Source: Tubulanus polymorphus (Eukaryota > Animalia > Nemertea). Taken from it: 64,000 nt of DNA. Positions 48,734-61,900 of this stretch are shown here, in pieces. Made by a program: the position numbers and the translations under genes. Numbering within the stretch: the stretch's first letter is position 1; each line of letters starts with the position of its first letter. Under the pieces are notes generated by a model. It saw only the letters and a program-made list of their open reading frames with translations. It had not been told where the DNA came from and did not search any database. The stretch spans positions 4,340,001 to 4,404,000 of the forward strand of contig NC_134025.1 of NCBI RefSeq assembly GCF_964204645.1, read 5' to 3'.

Positions 48734-48905
48734 ACTAAGGATTTGAATGCAAAAGGATAAACCATTCTGGAGAAAGGGTTATAATGGAATCCCAAATATA
48801 CCCGCCCACATCGGTGAAAACTGAGGATTTGAATGCAAAAGGATAAACCATTCTGGAGAAAGGGTTATAATGGAATCCCAAATATACCCGCCCACATCAG
48901 TGAAA
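48734..48905. repeat. Direct tandem duplication, 2 x 86 bp
   Basis: ACT(A/G)AGGATTTGAATGCAAAAGGATAAACC...CCCGCCCACATC(G/A)GTGAAA repeated at 48734 and 48820 with 2 mismatches. Confidence 0.92.
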
Positions 48906-50783
48906 TAGGAATTTTGGTCGTATAGACAATAAGGTGATAAGTTGACTATTCCAAGTCAAAATACTGATGTCCTGTTCTCTGAAAAAACCTGGTGTAATGC
49001 CAGGTGGTGGTTTATCGGAGGCGGTAAATCTGGGATTGACTACATGCATTTATACTTGAAAAGTGACAGATCCACTCAAAATATTAAACAGCGATATTTC
49101 TGGAGTTTATTAACACTTTATTTGTTCAACATGGCTGTATGTTACAGATGATCACATCTTGTCCAGAGTAATGGAGCAACAATTACAATAGTTTTCAACA
49201 AGTCAACCATAACATGCAAGAAATCATTTACAATGAGTTGAATAATACAAATTACGTTCAGAGAGATATAACAATTTTTGAGCATGAATTTTTAATCATC
49301 GCAGAGCACAACACTATTTTTTACGTAGATTCAACACAAGTATTTACAGAATGATATGAACAATTGTACAGTACTGCAGTATATAAGCGTGATGTATCCA
49401 ATTAGAAGCACAAAAATATATTTCATTCTTGGTTTTGATTACAAGTGAATTACCAGTAAAAAGATAAAAGTAAGGTGTTTTCTCCAAATGATGACAATAA
49501 TTTCTCGTTGATGAATTTATTCTTTCAAGTTAAAATTGACTCAGTGAATGACTTTTACTATCCTTTAATAGAAGATATCTTCAGAAACCCAAAAAATATG
49601 ATGTCAAAATGATATTGATAATTCAACCCACCTGACCAACTAGTCCTGTGAGCTTATTGGTCAACAAATTAGGTTTTTCTGACCAATCAGACAGTGAACA
49701 TTTTCATAAATTATGTCCACGTAGATTTCAAACCAATGAGACAATTGTGAGCTTTACCTGCCTAGGAACGTCTTTTTTTACCGTTAGTCACCGAGAGTAA
49801 AACAACTATATCAATATAAACAGAATTGTATTCAGTTGAATGTACATTATTAGGCATTTTTCGGTTCGATTTAAACGAAATAAAATAACATACATCAGTC
49901 CAAATCTCAAAGGTTCTTAACTTTAACTTTTCAAATTTCTAATACTTAATGTTTCGTTATATCCCGTATCATCAGTTTACATAATCTTGATATGGAAAAT
50001 TAGCAATTGTTGAGAAATTCCATTATTATTATGGTATGTACCGAGTAATTATAATATCATAACCACTTATGATGACAGTTAGCTCCGAAACGACTTACAT
50101 ACGCAGTCGAAACCCATACAAGCTTTGTATGCCTGGTGAATGATCAGTAGATTGATACCTGGATCTAGTTAATTAACGCGTGGCGGTGCTAGTTCAGGTA
50201 CATGCAGCGCAGGCACCAACTATCATTCAAGTAGGTTATGAAAACTGACGATTTATCATTATTATAATTCTATACTCGTCGCAACAATCGCACCGATTGA
50301 ACAACACAGAAGGAAATTTAACCACACAGAAACCTAATCAAGAGAATAATACAGTAAGAAGTTGTAATTCTAATTATCATCGCAAATATGAACTTAGTGC
50401 AGATAGAAATATATTTCCTCGTTATTTTATTTTTTACACCATCAGTTTATTAATACACACGTTATAAAATGTTACACAGCATCATACAAGCAAATAATGA
50501 TACAGATCTCTAAGTGAGATTTGCTACCAATGCCTACATCAGCCATAGATATATGACGTGTTTTTTTTCAGATTCATCAGGACTTCCAGTTACGATCCAT
50601 TCCCCTATCTGTGAAACCCCTTTACAAGTGAGCCATTAAAGCAATAATCATTATAAAAATTCAGATTGCAAAAAAATCAGTAATACAGATATTCTGACAA
50701 GCTCGACTAGGTGAGTCGTGCCTTTCTTACATTTTTCAGTAGAATTGTCATCGTTATAATTCGAGTGCTCTCAAAAATATCAG

Positions 50784-50857
50784 GGGTCAGTTTCACAAAG
50801 CGATTACAAAGTCAAACTTGTCATATTCGATCATAATCAGCTCGGTGAAACTGGGCC
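50784..50857. mobile_element. Short MITE-like remnant with GGNNCAGTTTCAC termini
   Basis: GGGTCAGTTTCAC ... GTGAAACTGGGCC, the same terminal style as the other Harbinger-like elements here. Confidence 0.45.
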
Positions 50858-52953
50858 CTAGGGTCTACAAATTGTTCAAGCCACGTACGTTAATAAAAAG
50901 AAAACAAAAATCAAACAAATAAAACTTGTGAGGAATGTCTAAGAAACAATGCCTATTATTTCACACCTGAGAAATCCAGCTTTTTTATTATACATCAGTA
51001 TTACACACAGCTCTTACACCGATCAAAGGCAAGATTAAATCAAAACAAATCAGAGGCTACTTCTTTATCGAGGCGATCGAATAACTTATAGAGTAGAAAT
51101 TCTTCTTTTTTGCAAAAATAAAGGAAGCACTCATCAAGATATATGATAATTCGACAAATACTCACGCATTTATATCATTCAATAACTACCCACTGTTAAC
51201 CTTCAACACTCTTAATTACCACGCATGAACCTTATCAAATGTACAGGAATACATCATAAACATTTCTAACGATCCATACTCCTATGTATCTATTCTAAAA
51301 CTCTTTTCATCTCTACCAAATATCTTCTTATGCCAAAAATTCTTAATGAAAATGTTTCAAGTCAATGCTCCTTAACATAATTTTCTCATACAAGCCATTA
51401 CATTGTATTTCTACAATGGTTGTATCTTTAAAGTTAGTGAAATGCTCAAAATATATGTATATATGAGAATACTATCTTGATTAAGAGAGAAATACTTTCT
51501 GACTCGCATAATACATGTATATGACACAATTGTTTTACTTTACTTTCCGAGGGGCTGTGTCCGCAAGTTCATCTTAAAGATATTATCGGCACCATATTTA
51601 GATAATGTTCCATCATTGTGAGCAAAGTCGCGCTTAAGATTTCAGAAAAATATGTCAACATGATAGACTTTTAGAGTTAGAAGCATTTTTTGGTTGATTG
51701 TCATACGACTGACAAGGCAAAGCCGACAATACTGATATTGCAATTGGTGTGTACACTTAAAATAGAGGGTAAATCGTACAAATAGATTTCGTCCATGCAT
51801 GTGCAAACCTACGTAACGGAACATTATCAAGCCATTCTATTCAAGACCGCTATCACATCACATGGATTCAAGAACAGAATATTGATGGCTGTGATAAACT
51901 TTATGAAGACCAAAATTTTTTTTCCAATGTAGTAATCAACTTATATTCGCAGTTGAATTAGCGCTATCAAAGTATCTACCATGAATTCTATGTTACCCAA
52001 GTCAAATTCCATACAGAAGACTTCATGTGGCCTCATATGAGGACAAAATACACGTAATAAAATTTCATTTTTTTGGTCATTTCTTAGATTTCGAGCTAAC
52101 TGCACGTGCTAATATCAGAATCAGTTTGCAACTGCATTTCTTGAGACAGCTTAAAATTTGAATGAAAAGTAAATAACAAAGAGATGAAAGCACAAAAAAT
52201 GAATAATAATAACAACAGAAAAATGCATATATAATATAAACATCAAAAAGCATGCAAAACATACAACCAATGACGAGCATCTGGTTTAACATAACTAATA
52301 TATCAAAAATAATCTTTGTTATTTAACGAAACTAAGGGTTTGCGAACCTCCTTATACCCTGTTTATCTATATCCATATATACTTTCCATTCCATCCATCA
52401 AACTTACATCCTCAGGTTTTGTCATTTATGAAGTGAAGCAAAAGTCTTGACTATATATTTTACTAGCTCCAGTCACGAATAAAAGCCCTACTTTATTGTG
52501 GAAATAACATAATGATGGTTAAAAGCACATGCATGTACATCAAAATTTACATCACAAATGTCACCAAATTACAGGTATTGCTCACGATAATAATGACAGT
52601 TATGATTTTTTTCAATGAACACTCCCAAAGAAAGCCACGGATTAAAACACACACGCACCACACAAATTAAGCACTTTGAAAGCGGACTTACTCACTTTGA
52701 ACATTATATATAAATAGACAAGAAATACCTCACGGTAAATATTTGAAATCTGGGATACAGAATAATACAGCTAAATCAGTCCCGTATTCTCCATTCACCG
52801 CCGATTAAGCCATTCTCTGCTTTGGAAGGTTTTATCTCGGTATTCTGATTATTCCAATTTGTACCGCGTAAGACTATCCCGCGTCAGATAGAAAAATATC
52901 ATTCTATACGCACTACAAAAGGCGAGTGTTTCTAAACTGATTTCAGGTTGGTT

Positions 52954-55900
52954 TCAGTCGCTATCGCTAGCACCGCTTAGCGTCTCGGGGTCGGACATTT
53001 GAAATGCTTCGGCGAAATATTGTTTCTCTCTGAGATACTGTTTCAACGCTTGTGGCAGTGGTAACTGGTTGATATGATCGTATCGTAAATGTTTCAGAAT
53101 TATAAACCGACAGCGGTGTTGCAACGACTGCATGAGCTCGAAACGTGAAATCGGATACAACAATGCGACCGATGACGGCGGCAACCCAGGCGCGTGCGGA
53201 CGTAAGAAATATAAAAATTTGCCATTCCTGGAATGTTCCATCGCTTTATCGATGAATTCAATGATGGACATTCGACCATGCGAAACCGGCTGCGACCAGA
53301 ATGCAAACGTTCCTACGATGAATAAAGAATAATTATCTATATAAATATGGAACAATATCAATATTTTGCATTATGTACATTAATAAACAATAAATATGGA
53401 TGCGACTATAGATATGAAAATGATCTGTGTTGTTTCGTTTATTCAGGGACACGTTATGCCTATTCAAAACTATAGAAATTCTAATGAGCGAAGATTTACG
53501 GCAGGGCCCTCGAAACAAATACGAAGTCATAACGAGATACAAGAATTCATGACAGCCTATAGCATATGTTTGGTTCTATTAAGACATTTCGTACATCGGC
53601 AATCATGAACTTACCTTGACAATGTTCGATACGCGTGTGATGGGTTTTTCCCTGCGAACGGAAACTAAGACTGAGTATGTAACTGTCATGGGAGCTATCG
53701 CGCACTAGGAATGAACCATCCTTCTTGTTGTGAAGTTTCGCCTCTGCGTCTTCTAGGCTTAGCGGACCCCAGTACCAGCCAACCTATAAACAAAGAAAAC
53801 CCACACGCAACATATAAGTTTATCGGAAAATGCACATCTTCATAGAAATAATACGTACAATAGATAATGACACTAATATAGTTCCACCTATAAGCGATAT
53901 TTCAGTGGGATACATCATTGGGGGCTTCATTACTATTCACCATCAAGGAACAATTTACTGAGTTTCTACACAATATAAATCACCTAGCCAGGAGCGATAC
54001 GAAAATATCTCTCAGAATTTCAATAAACTCCTTTTAATTCCAATCTTAAATGGGTCACTTTAAACCTGCTTTTGTGCTTACAACAGATTCTTAGGATTCT
54101 GTTAACATACAATGCGAGTATGTACACAAATGAGGGTTACACCGATGAGAATAGAACATGATCCAAATCTTCAAAGTTCTCAAGTCAAAAATTGAGTAAT
54201 AACTAATCATAATCAATAGCCCCTTGAATATCTAAATTGAATGCGCATTGCGGTTACATTAGAAATCCCAGAATACCCACATGAATCATGAAATACCCAT
54301 ACCAAAATGCACTTTTTTGGGAACTGTTCAGGCAAACAAATAAACATCATGAAGTACCTTTAGTTTTCCTTGCGCAAAATATCTGAAGGCTGTTAGTATA
54401 GATATTATAGTTGTTTTGCGCTTTGCAAGGTTAAGTTGTTTTATCGTTACGAGAATGCCAGTAATGTGTGATGATGCAGATTATGATGTTTATACTTTGT
54501 ACTTTACAGCGAGTGATAGTGAAATATTATTCTAGCCTTTCACAGGAATGAATAATGGAATTGTGCGTCGAAACATAATTCATCAGAAAATAGTTAAATG
54601 TCATCATCCCCATTAAATCAAAGCAACAAAGGAAATGATGTCCATTTGAACTGAACTTATTCAATAAATAGGACTAAAAAATCATGAATTAGGTGAGAAA
54701 AAATTCGAAATAAATATAACTGGCAATACCAACAACTCCGGTATTTCCAACACATATGAGATATGTAACTCCTTTCATGCCAAACCAATGAAATGTCCAA
54801 ATTTCTATTACCGGTATTCAACTCTGATTTATATTAGATCATTTCCTTCATTCATATTATCGGATTAGTCAGATCGGAGGAATTTCGTTTCTTGGAAAGG
54901 AATTGCAGGTTTCATGGAAAGATCAACTTCAGTTTGCTCAAACCCAGTCTCCTCGGAGGTTACATAATCACTTATAGATCCGTGCTTTAATTAAGTTGAG
55001 ATTTCTCCGTGTTCTTGAATTTTTCAGATTAGACATTTCTTAGCTCTTGAGCTTATAACACTCTCAAGTTTGACACAACTTATGTGTTTATGCCATGAGA
55101 TGTATAAGATACGGGCTCTCGTATGGTGGTGATGTTTTCAGAAGAAATTCTTTGCTAAGTAGCTACTATGTAATAACCTTGTAAACAAGGCAATACTTAC
55201 CTCACGGAGCTTCAGAAGACTGTCGATAAAGTTCTGGGTATTGCGTTCTACAAAAAACAAGCGAAATATTTTCTAAGTTTACTGGCAACGTGTAAGAGTA
55301 CACAATTACATATAATACGTACTTCAAGGTACGGGAGCTGAGAGATTTTTATCACCAGTCAGGTGAGCACGAAAAAAACAACCATAAATCTTTTTTAATT
55401 GAGCACGGAATTTGAACAAGGGAAATACAGCGGTTACAAACGTTCAACGCAAATCAAATCCAAATTTCAAGACGAGATAAACGGACGCTTTTACAACTTA
55501 CGCTAATCATGATTAAATAATACAATTCAGTATTATCAGTGGGTACAGCAATATCAGAGACGCACCCGGGAAGTTTTATAGTTTTTCGTACATTAAAATT
55601 TTGATTTCGTTGTAACTCCTTGTTTTTAAATGAACATTTTTTTTTTGGATTTAAATGAATCTATAAATAATGATAAAACATGTAGAAATTCCAAACATCG
55701 GATTTGTTGCCAGCCAGCGATCAAAAAAGGAAACCAACAGCCATGAACTAATTAGTTCCTAACTTTCAGAGTTTCAGAGAACATCACCAGTCATAACGGA
55801 AAATTCATCATAAACGCGGAAATGATAATATTGCGTAAATCTGACTATTATTCCTATCAGCGAAGGATGAAAAAGACACAAAAACCGAACGAACAAATGC

Positions 55901-58900
55901 AATGTTTTGTCCAGTGCGCAATAGAATTCCGCGTACTTGATTTACGGGACTGTTTAAAGGCTTAGCTACAGCTCGTCTTGTCGATACAGGGATTGGCCGT
56001 GAGTAGCACGAGGCAGTAACATTAATTTATTGCGGCTGTTGCATAAAGAGAGGTTCGGCCAACGCCAAATATTAAACATTACATAATAAGTTATACTATG
56101 TATACACCTGTTAATAGCTATCGGAACAGATTCAATTCCATACAGAATGAAATTTCAGCTTCGTAATTTTCCATTCATTTTCGCCGATGAATTCTAATAT
56201 TTGTTTTAAGATTTACGCAATTAACATCACATCCCTAGTCACATCAAATCTGTTATCAAATGAATAGTATAGCGATGAAAAACGACAAAACTGATATAAT
56301 CTCAGATATTCACGCTAAAAGTATCTTATCTAACTTCCTATATGTAACAGCAATAAGTAATATATTTTGTTTTGTTGATTCTACATTTAACGACAAAAAA
56401 TAACTTTTACCCAAAGAATGAAGTTTCTGACAAATCATTTTGATGCGATGTAGTGTCTACCTTTCCAAAAATTGCACCAGTTTGGAATTTCAGTTTTCCC
56501 TAGTATATGATTTGACAACGACCAATATGGCCGCATCTGCAGAAGTTGTTGCCACAGTATATCATATGTTCGCTCCTTAAAATGGCGTTATTCACAGGAT
56601 GTGATAATTGTTTTGTGGGGAATGAATATGAAATTCACAGTAGCATAGTAAGTAAGGGCGGATGCGGCAATAATTTTTAGTGAATTTTGTTGATGATTGT
56701 CAGTAATCAGTCAGTAAACGAATCCTGCATCACTATTAACCTGAATCTATGGCTTATCGATGTAATGATGAAATTGACAGTTTGATAACCAAACAATGAA
56801 CTGAAAATCTACTGAAGAAGTATCTGGTTACTTACTTAACTACCGAACAATTTTAATATTAGTTTTCAAGGCAAGATGTGATATCGTTTATTGAACACCT
56901 GGCTAAGAACAAATAACAGGAATTTTCATCATTTCATTTTTTTTCAACAGTGAATAATAAGGAAACTGCACATACAATTCTCATCATAACATACCGATCC
57001 CAAGATAGTGTGGCGCTGGTGTGAATGCGATGACCATCACAATATCGTTACGAGTAAAAATGTATAAATACTTGGTTAAGTCGTAATCGTATGAGTTTTC
57101 ACATCATGTATGTCATCGATATTTTCTAAAATTCCAATTCAATTTACGAAGAGTAAGTCATCATTTGGAATCGTCAACATGATGATAGTAGTAAGGCCAA
57201 ATATTACATGAAGATGATCTCTAGAGAGAGAGTTCGAAACGTTGTGTCTTCCATTTTTGATTTTCAATTCTCGATACATAGATTCTACTTTTGATGTTTA
57301 AATTTGTAAACAGTGGGTTTTAATCATATGGCCGTCGACTTGACTGTACAACTTTAAAATTTCGAAACCAAATCAAGGACTACGCTTTAGATCTGGATGA
57401 TTTCTTCATTACAAAAAATAGACAAAGCCATTGAAAACCAAAACCAGTTCGACTTTTCAAGATGATTCAATTTTTGATAAGCTAGGCAACTGAAATAGAT
57501 TTGTTCATGAACTTCTGCATTAAGATGTAATGTTCATATGCATGGAACTAAGCAGGGGTGAACAGATAATGAGTAATTTGTTACCAAAGGGGTAGGTCTA
57601 TTGTTGTATCTTCTTACAATTGCCAAAATTGTAACTTATTTATCTATGAATAATACAATAAATCATGGATTGACTGAACCTCATAAATACCTAACCCCAG
57701 CACCTATTAATTCTCACTGGTATCGGCATATGGCAATGATGGACGCCAGCTTTTCCCAGGCATCAAATATTTACCCTATTTTTAACAAATGTATATACAT
57801 TAAATTTGAATTATACCTGTCAACCAGTTCATTATCAAAAGTTTATACGGAATCCATTGTCGTCCCAGTCAGATTTCAGACCATCTGGCCACCTTTCAAC
57901 TGGATAAATTTGCAAAATATCAAATGATGAATGAATACTTCACATCAGCGCCTGCAACAATGCTTTTTCCTCCCATTTTAAAACCCCAAATGATAAAATG
58001 ATCACGTATCAAAGTGCCATACAAAATATTTTATGAGTGCATGAAAATCGGAATGTATGTCACAGGTGCATTATGCGCAGGATTGGTGATATTCTTTTTA
58101 ACAAATTCATTATTACGTGGAATAACCACAGATTTTTAAATTCAAATTTTTACCTTTGGTGTACTTTTACCTTTGGTCGCTCGACAATAAATCAACCTTT
58201 TAAACTCGTAATGAATAAACCTTCAACAATACAGATGCACACTAAACATTTTTATATTAGAAGTATTGTTCCATTTATTTTGTATGCATAGGAGGTGGGA
58301 AACGTTTTAAACCTACCGGTATTGAACAGTAGTTATGTGATATAATATTAAAAAGTCGGAAAAAGTAATGTACCTATACGATATATGAATAATCTCAATG
58401 CAAACTTCTCTCAACTTAGATCCAGAGTTTAGAATTAGAATTAATATTTGGAATCAATGTCAAGACAGAAAAATACTTTCTACTTCTTGCAGATTATAAG
58501 AGACCGACAATAAATTGGTCTATTCATTACGTTATGGTTCTTTGCGGTTATTTTGAATATAAATAATCTCACAAATAACAGATTTAAGATACCATGGCCA
58601 ATTTACAGGATTTATTTTCAAAATCGCAGTGATTAAATGAATTTACCAGTACGCACTTCTTAATTTTCTAACCTATTTATCTTCAAAATGCCTTTACTTA
58701 AAGAAATTAGGATTAAAATGAAAAAGTTCTTTTAAAAAAAAATTTCATTCCTAAAATGCATTGAAATCCAATAAGCTACCAGGAAAACCATGACTATAAC
58801 TACATACAATCTATTAACCAAGAAATCGTTACCAAATTATCACTTTCGAAAAACTAGTTTAGAAAAAGAAATTCAACCAGATTTAGAGATATCATTCGAT

Positions 58901-61900
58901 CGAGATAGCAAACTATGATTTGATTGAGGATGAGTAGCTCGAAAAGTCTAGACTAGAAGGGGTATATATATATATAAATATATATATATATATTATTACG
59001 TAGATATATACGGGAGTGATTACATCAGGGGCTAACATGTCTGGATCACAGACTCAGACATGTTTCACATCGAGAGCTCGCGCTAACAAGTTAAACGATA
59101 AACTCGGATACCTTACCTCGTCGATACCGCGATCGTTTAAATGGCTACTTCAAATCGACGCATTCTTCCGTGAACAATTAAATCTGGACAATTGCTCTCT
59201 GATGATCGTATGCGCTGTACACGAGAGCGAGCCCATCGGCAACGGGTGCCGACTCTGTGAATGCGCGCGTGGGTAAGCAGTTGAGAAATAAATTATCATA
59301 AGCAATTACTTATGATAAATTATTTTCACCTATCTAACCGGAGAACTCAAAAATTTGAGACTTCGATGCAAAGTTTAAACTATGCGCACAAAGCGCTTAA
59401 GCTTCAATAAATGCGCCCGGGATAAATCTTTGAAAATCAACGACTGCAAAAATGTTCAACTTGTTTTATCGTTTTGAAGGATATCATTGGTCAGGAAAAT
59501 GCAAAAAATTAAAATCCAATAAACCTATAAACCCAAATTTGATAAACGTAAACAAACTTTCTCGCGCCTGAAAGGATCGATAGAAAATTCAATAAAGAGC
59601 TAGAAAAAAATCAGTTACACATACATACCTTGGTCGTTGAGATCAGTCGCCTGGAATGGTCGAGGTGGACTCAAATCATCAGTAATACAACCAGGTGCTG
59701 GTACTGGTGGCAGTCGACGCTGGTCAGAGTTCTTATCACATTTTGTTCCAAGTTTCTTCGTGAAAAGTTTACCGAACGATTCTTTAGATTTGAACAGCGC
59801 GCTCAGCGGATTTTTCTTTTTCTCCTTGACCGACGAAGTCGCGTTCAACGCCTTTTCCGGGCTCAGGTCGCCGCTTTGAAGACTATGAGGGTTTTCGAGG
59901 GATATGCTACGAACGACTTTCTGGGCGATTTTGGAATTATTGGGCGATTTCTTATCGGCGGCGACCTTGCACATTTTGTCAGGTTTACGCGGCGGCGTGA
60001 CGAAGGAATGACGTGAATTTGGTAAATGCAACGATACCGGCGGAGGTGACCCGTGATGTACCGCCGTACTGTGCGACGACGCACGCATTAAACGTACAGG
60101 AATAACCGGTTCCCCACCGACCAACTCCTCCAGCGATAAATGAGTCACTTCGTCCGACGTCGAGTCACAAATCGCGCGACCGAATTCGAGGTTATTTTTC
60201 GCCGGCGATAAGTCGAGCGGTAGCAGCGGCGTCAGCAACTTGAGATGAGAATTCGCGCTGTTCTGGTGTATTTCAGATGGAATCGGCGGCAACGATTTTA
60301 CTTTGATTCGTTCTTGACGAATGATATCTCGACGCGGCCGCATTTTAGCGACCGCCAGATGAACGCCGCTGCTGCGACTTTGATGACCGTCCTGTTTCAG
60401 ATTATAGTTACGTTTTGGAATGGGAGGAGGAGCTACCTCCAGATATGGATGTCGTAAACAATGTTTGAATTCGGCTATGTTGCCGTTATATAAATGACAC
60501 GTACACGGTCGATCTTTGTTTTCTAATTCCTCTTTACTGATCGCCGTTTTCGGTCTGGGTTTACGTCGTTGCTTCTCGCGATTGATTTCTTGATATAACG
60601 GAGGATGTTCCGGTAATTCGTTTAAATGCGCGCCACCGTGAGCCATACCGCCGACCTTTCCGCTTATGTACGTTTTATTTTCGTAGTATTTCGGCGGCCT
60701 GGGCATAACGGCTGGGACGACAAACGAGCCGTCGCTATCGCTATCGCTACTGTAGTCGCTCATATTATCGACGAACTTGTTCGGCGAGATTTGCATCGCC
60801 CTTTCAGCTTCGACGACCAAGTCCAAATTATCACAATAACAAGGATTAGACATGGCAAGAGAATTAAACATCGAACACAAGTGACTAGAATCTACGTCAA
60901 CCGAAGCCGGACTGCCCTCGCTCGGGGAAACTGAACTTTGTCCGCTGTCATCTGGAAACGGGGGAATTGTCATTTTAACGCATTTATTACTAAATTCTTT
61001 AATGCAATCGCTTTCGATGTATTCATTCGCTTTTGACTTTCGTATGTGGTTCAGATTTTCGAATACGAGCGGCCCATCAGTGCTTTCGTCGCTATCATCA
61101 CTACTACTACCGATGTCCCACATGTCGTTATCAGTCACTCGCTCGGGAGATAGAAGATACGTTCGTTCGGGGATTGGTGGAGGAGTATCTTCTGTACTTC
61201 GGGAACATGAATTGGTGTTATTCATCGGTGACAATGATCGAGTTTTTACATTTTTTGTCTTCGTCTTTTGCTTGGGCATCCCGCTTCCCGATCGACTTTT
61301 ATCAAAATTTTCCAATTTCACTGTTTCTGAACTCGAAACAGAGTCAGTGAAATGCTGCAGTTCGATATTCAATAACTGCTGTATATTGACATGAATTGGT
61401 TCATCGGCTGCATTGAATTCGGCATTCTTATCTTTATGATGAAAATTGCTTACCGAATTCATTTTTGCCATTGGTTTTTCCGTCGAATGTGTGCACAGCT
61501 TATCTAAACTAGTATCACCAATCAATAAATTTGAACTTCCAGAATTTTGTCCACAAATTTGGCAAACCTGCAATTTTTCGCAAATATCACGTTCCGTTTC
61601 ATTATTAAGATCAAGTTCGCTATCACAAATAGTTTCGTTACCGCACCCCGTAGTTCCGTCTTCGATGGATGAGATTTTCAGTCGACTCGCAGCAGAAATA
61701 TCCTCACAAACAGCCACTGATAAACGTTTATTAACGTCGCTGTTCGGATCAGTTGTTTCTTCGCTAGTTAACGATTGTTTAGTTTGCTCAGTTTTGATAC
61801 CAGTCGTCGATGGAGCGCGTATTTGTCGGTTAAAGCTGTTGTTATTATCAGACGCGAGATTGTCATCGAAATCGCGATGGTACTTGTTACACCTGCTTTC

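Noticed and set aside
59117-59240. Minus-strand donor (GAG|gtaagg) suggesting another SOCS7 first exon
   Set aside because: The phase-compatible frame has a stop just upstream and no ATG, so at most a non-coding exon; unsupported.
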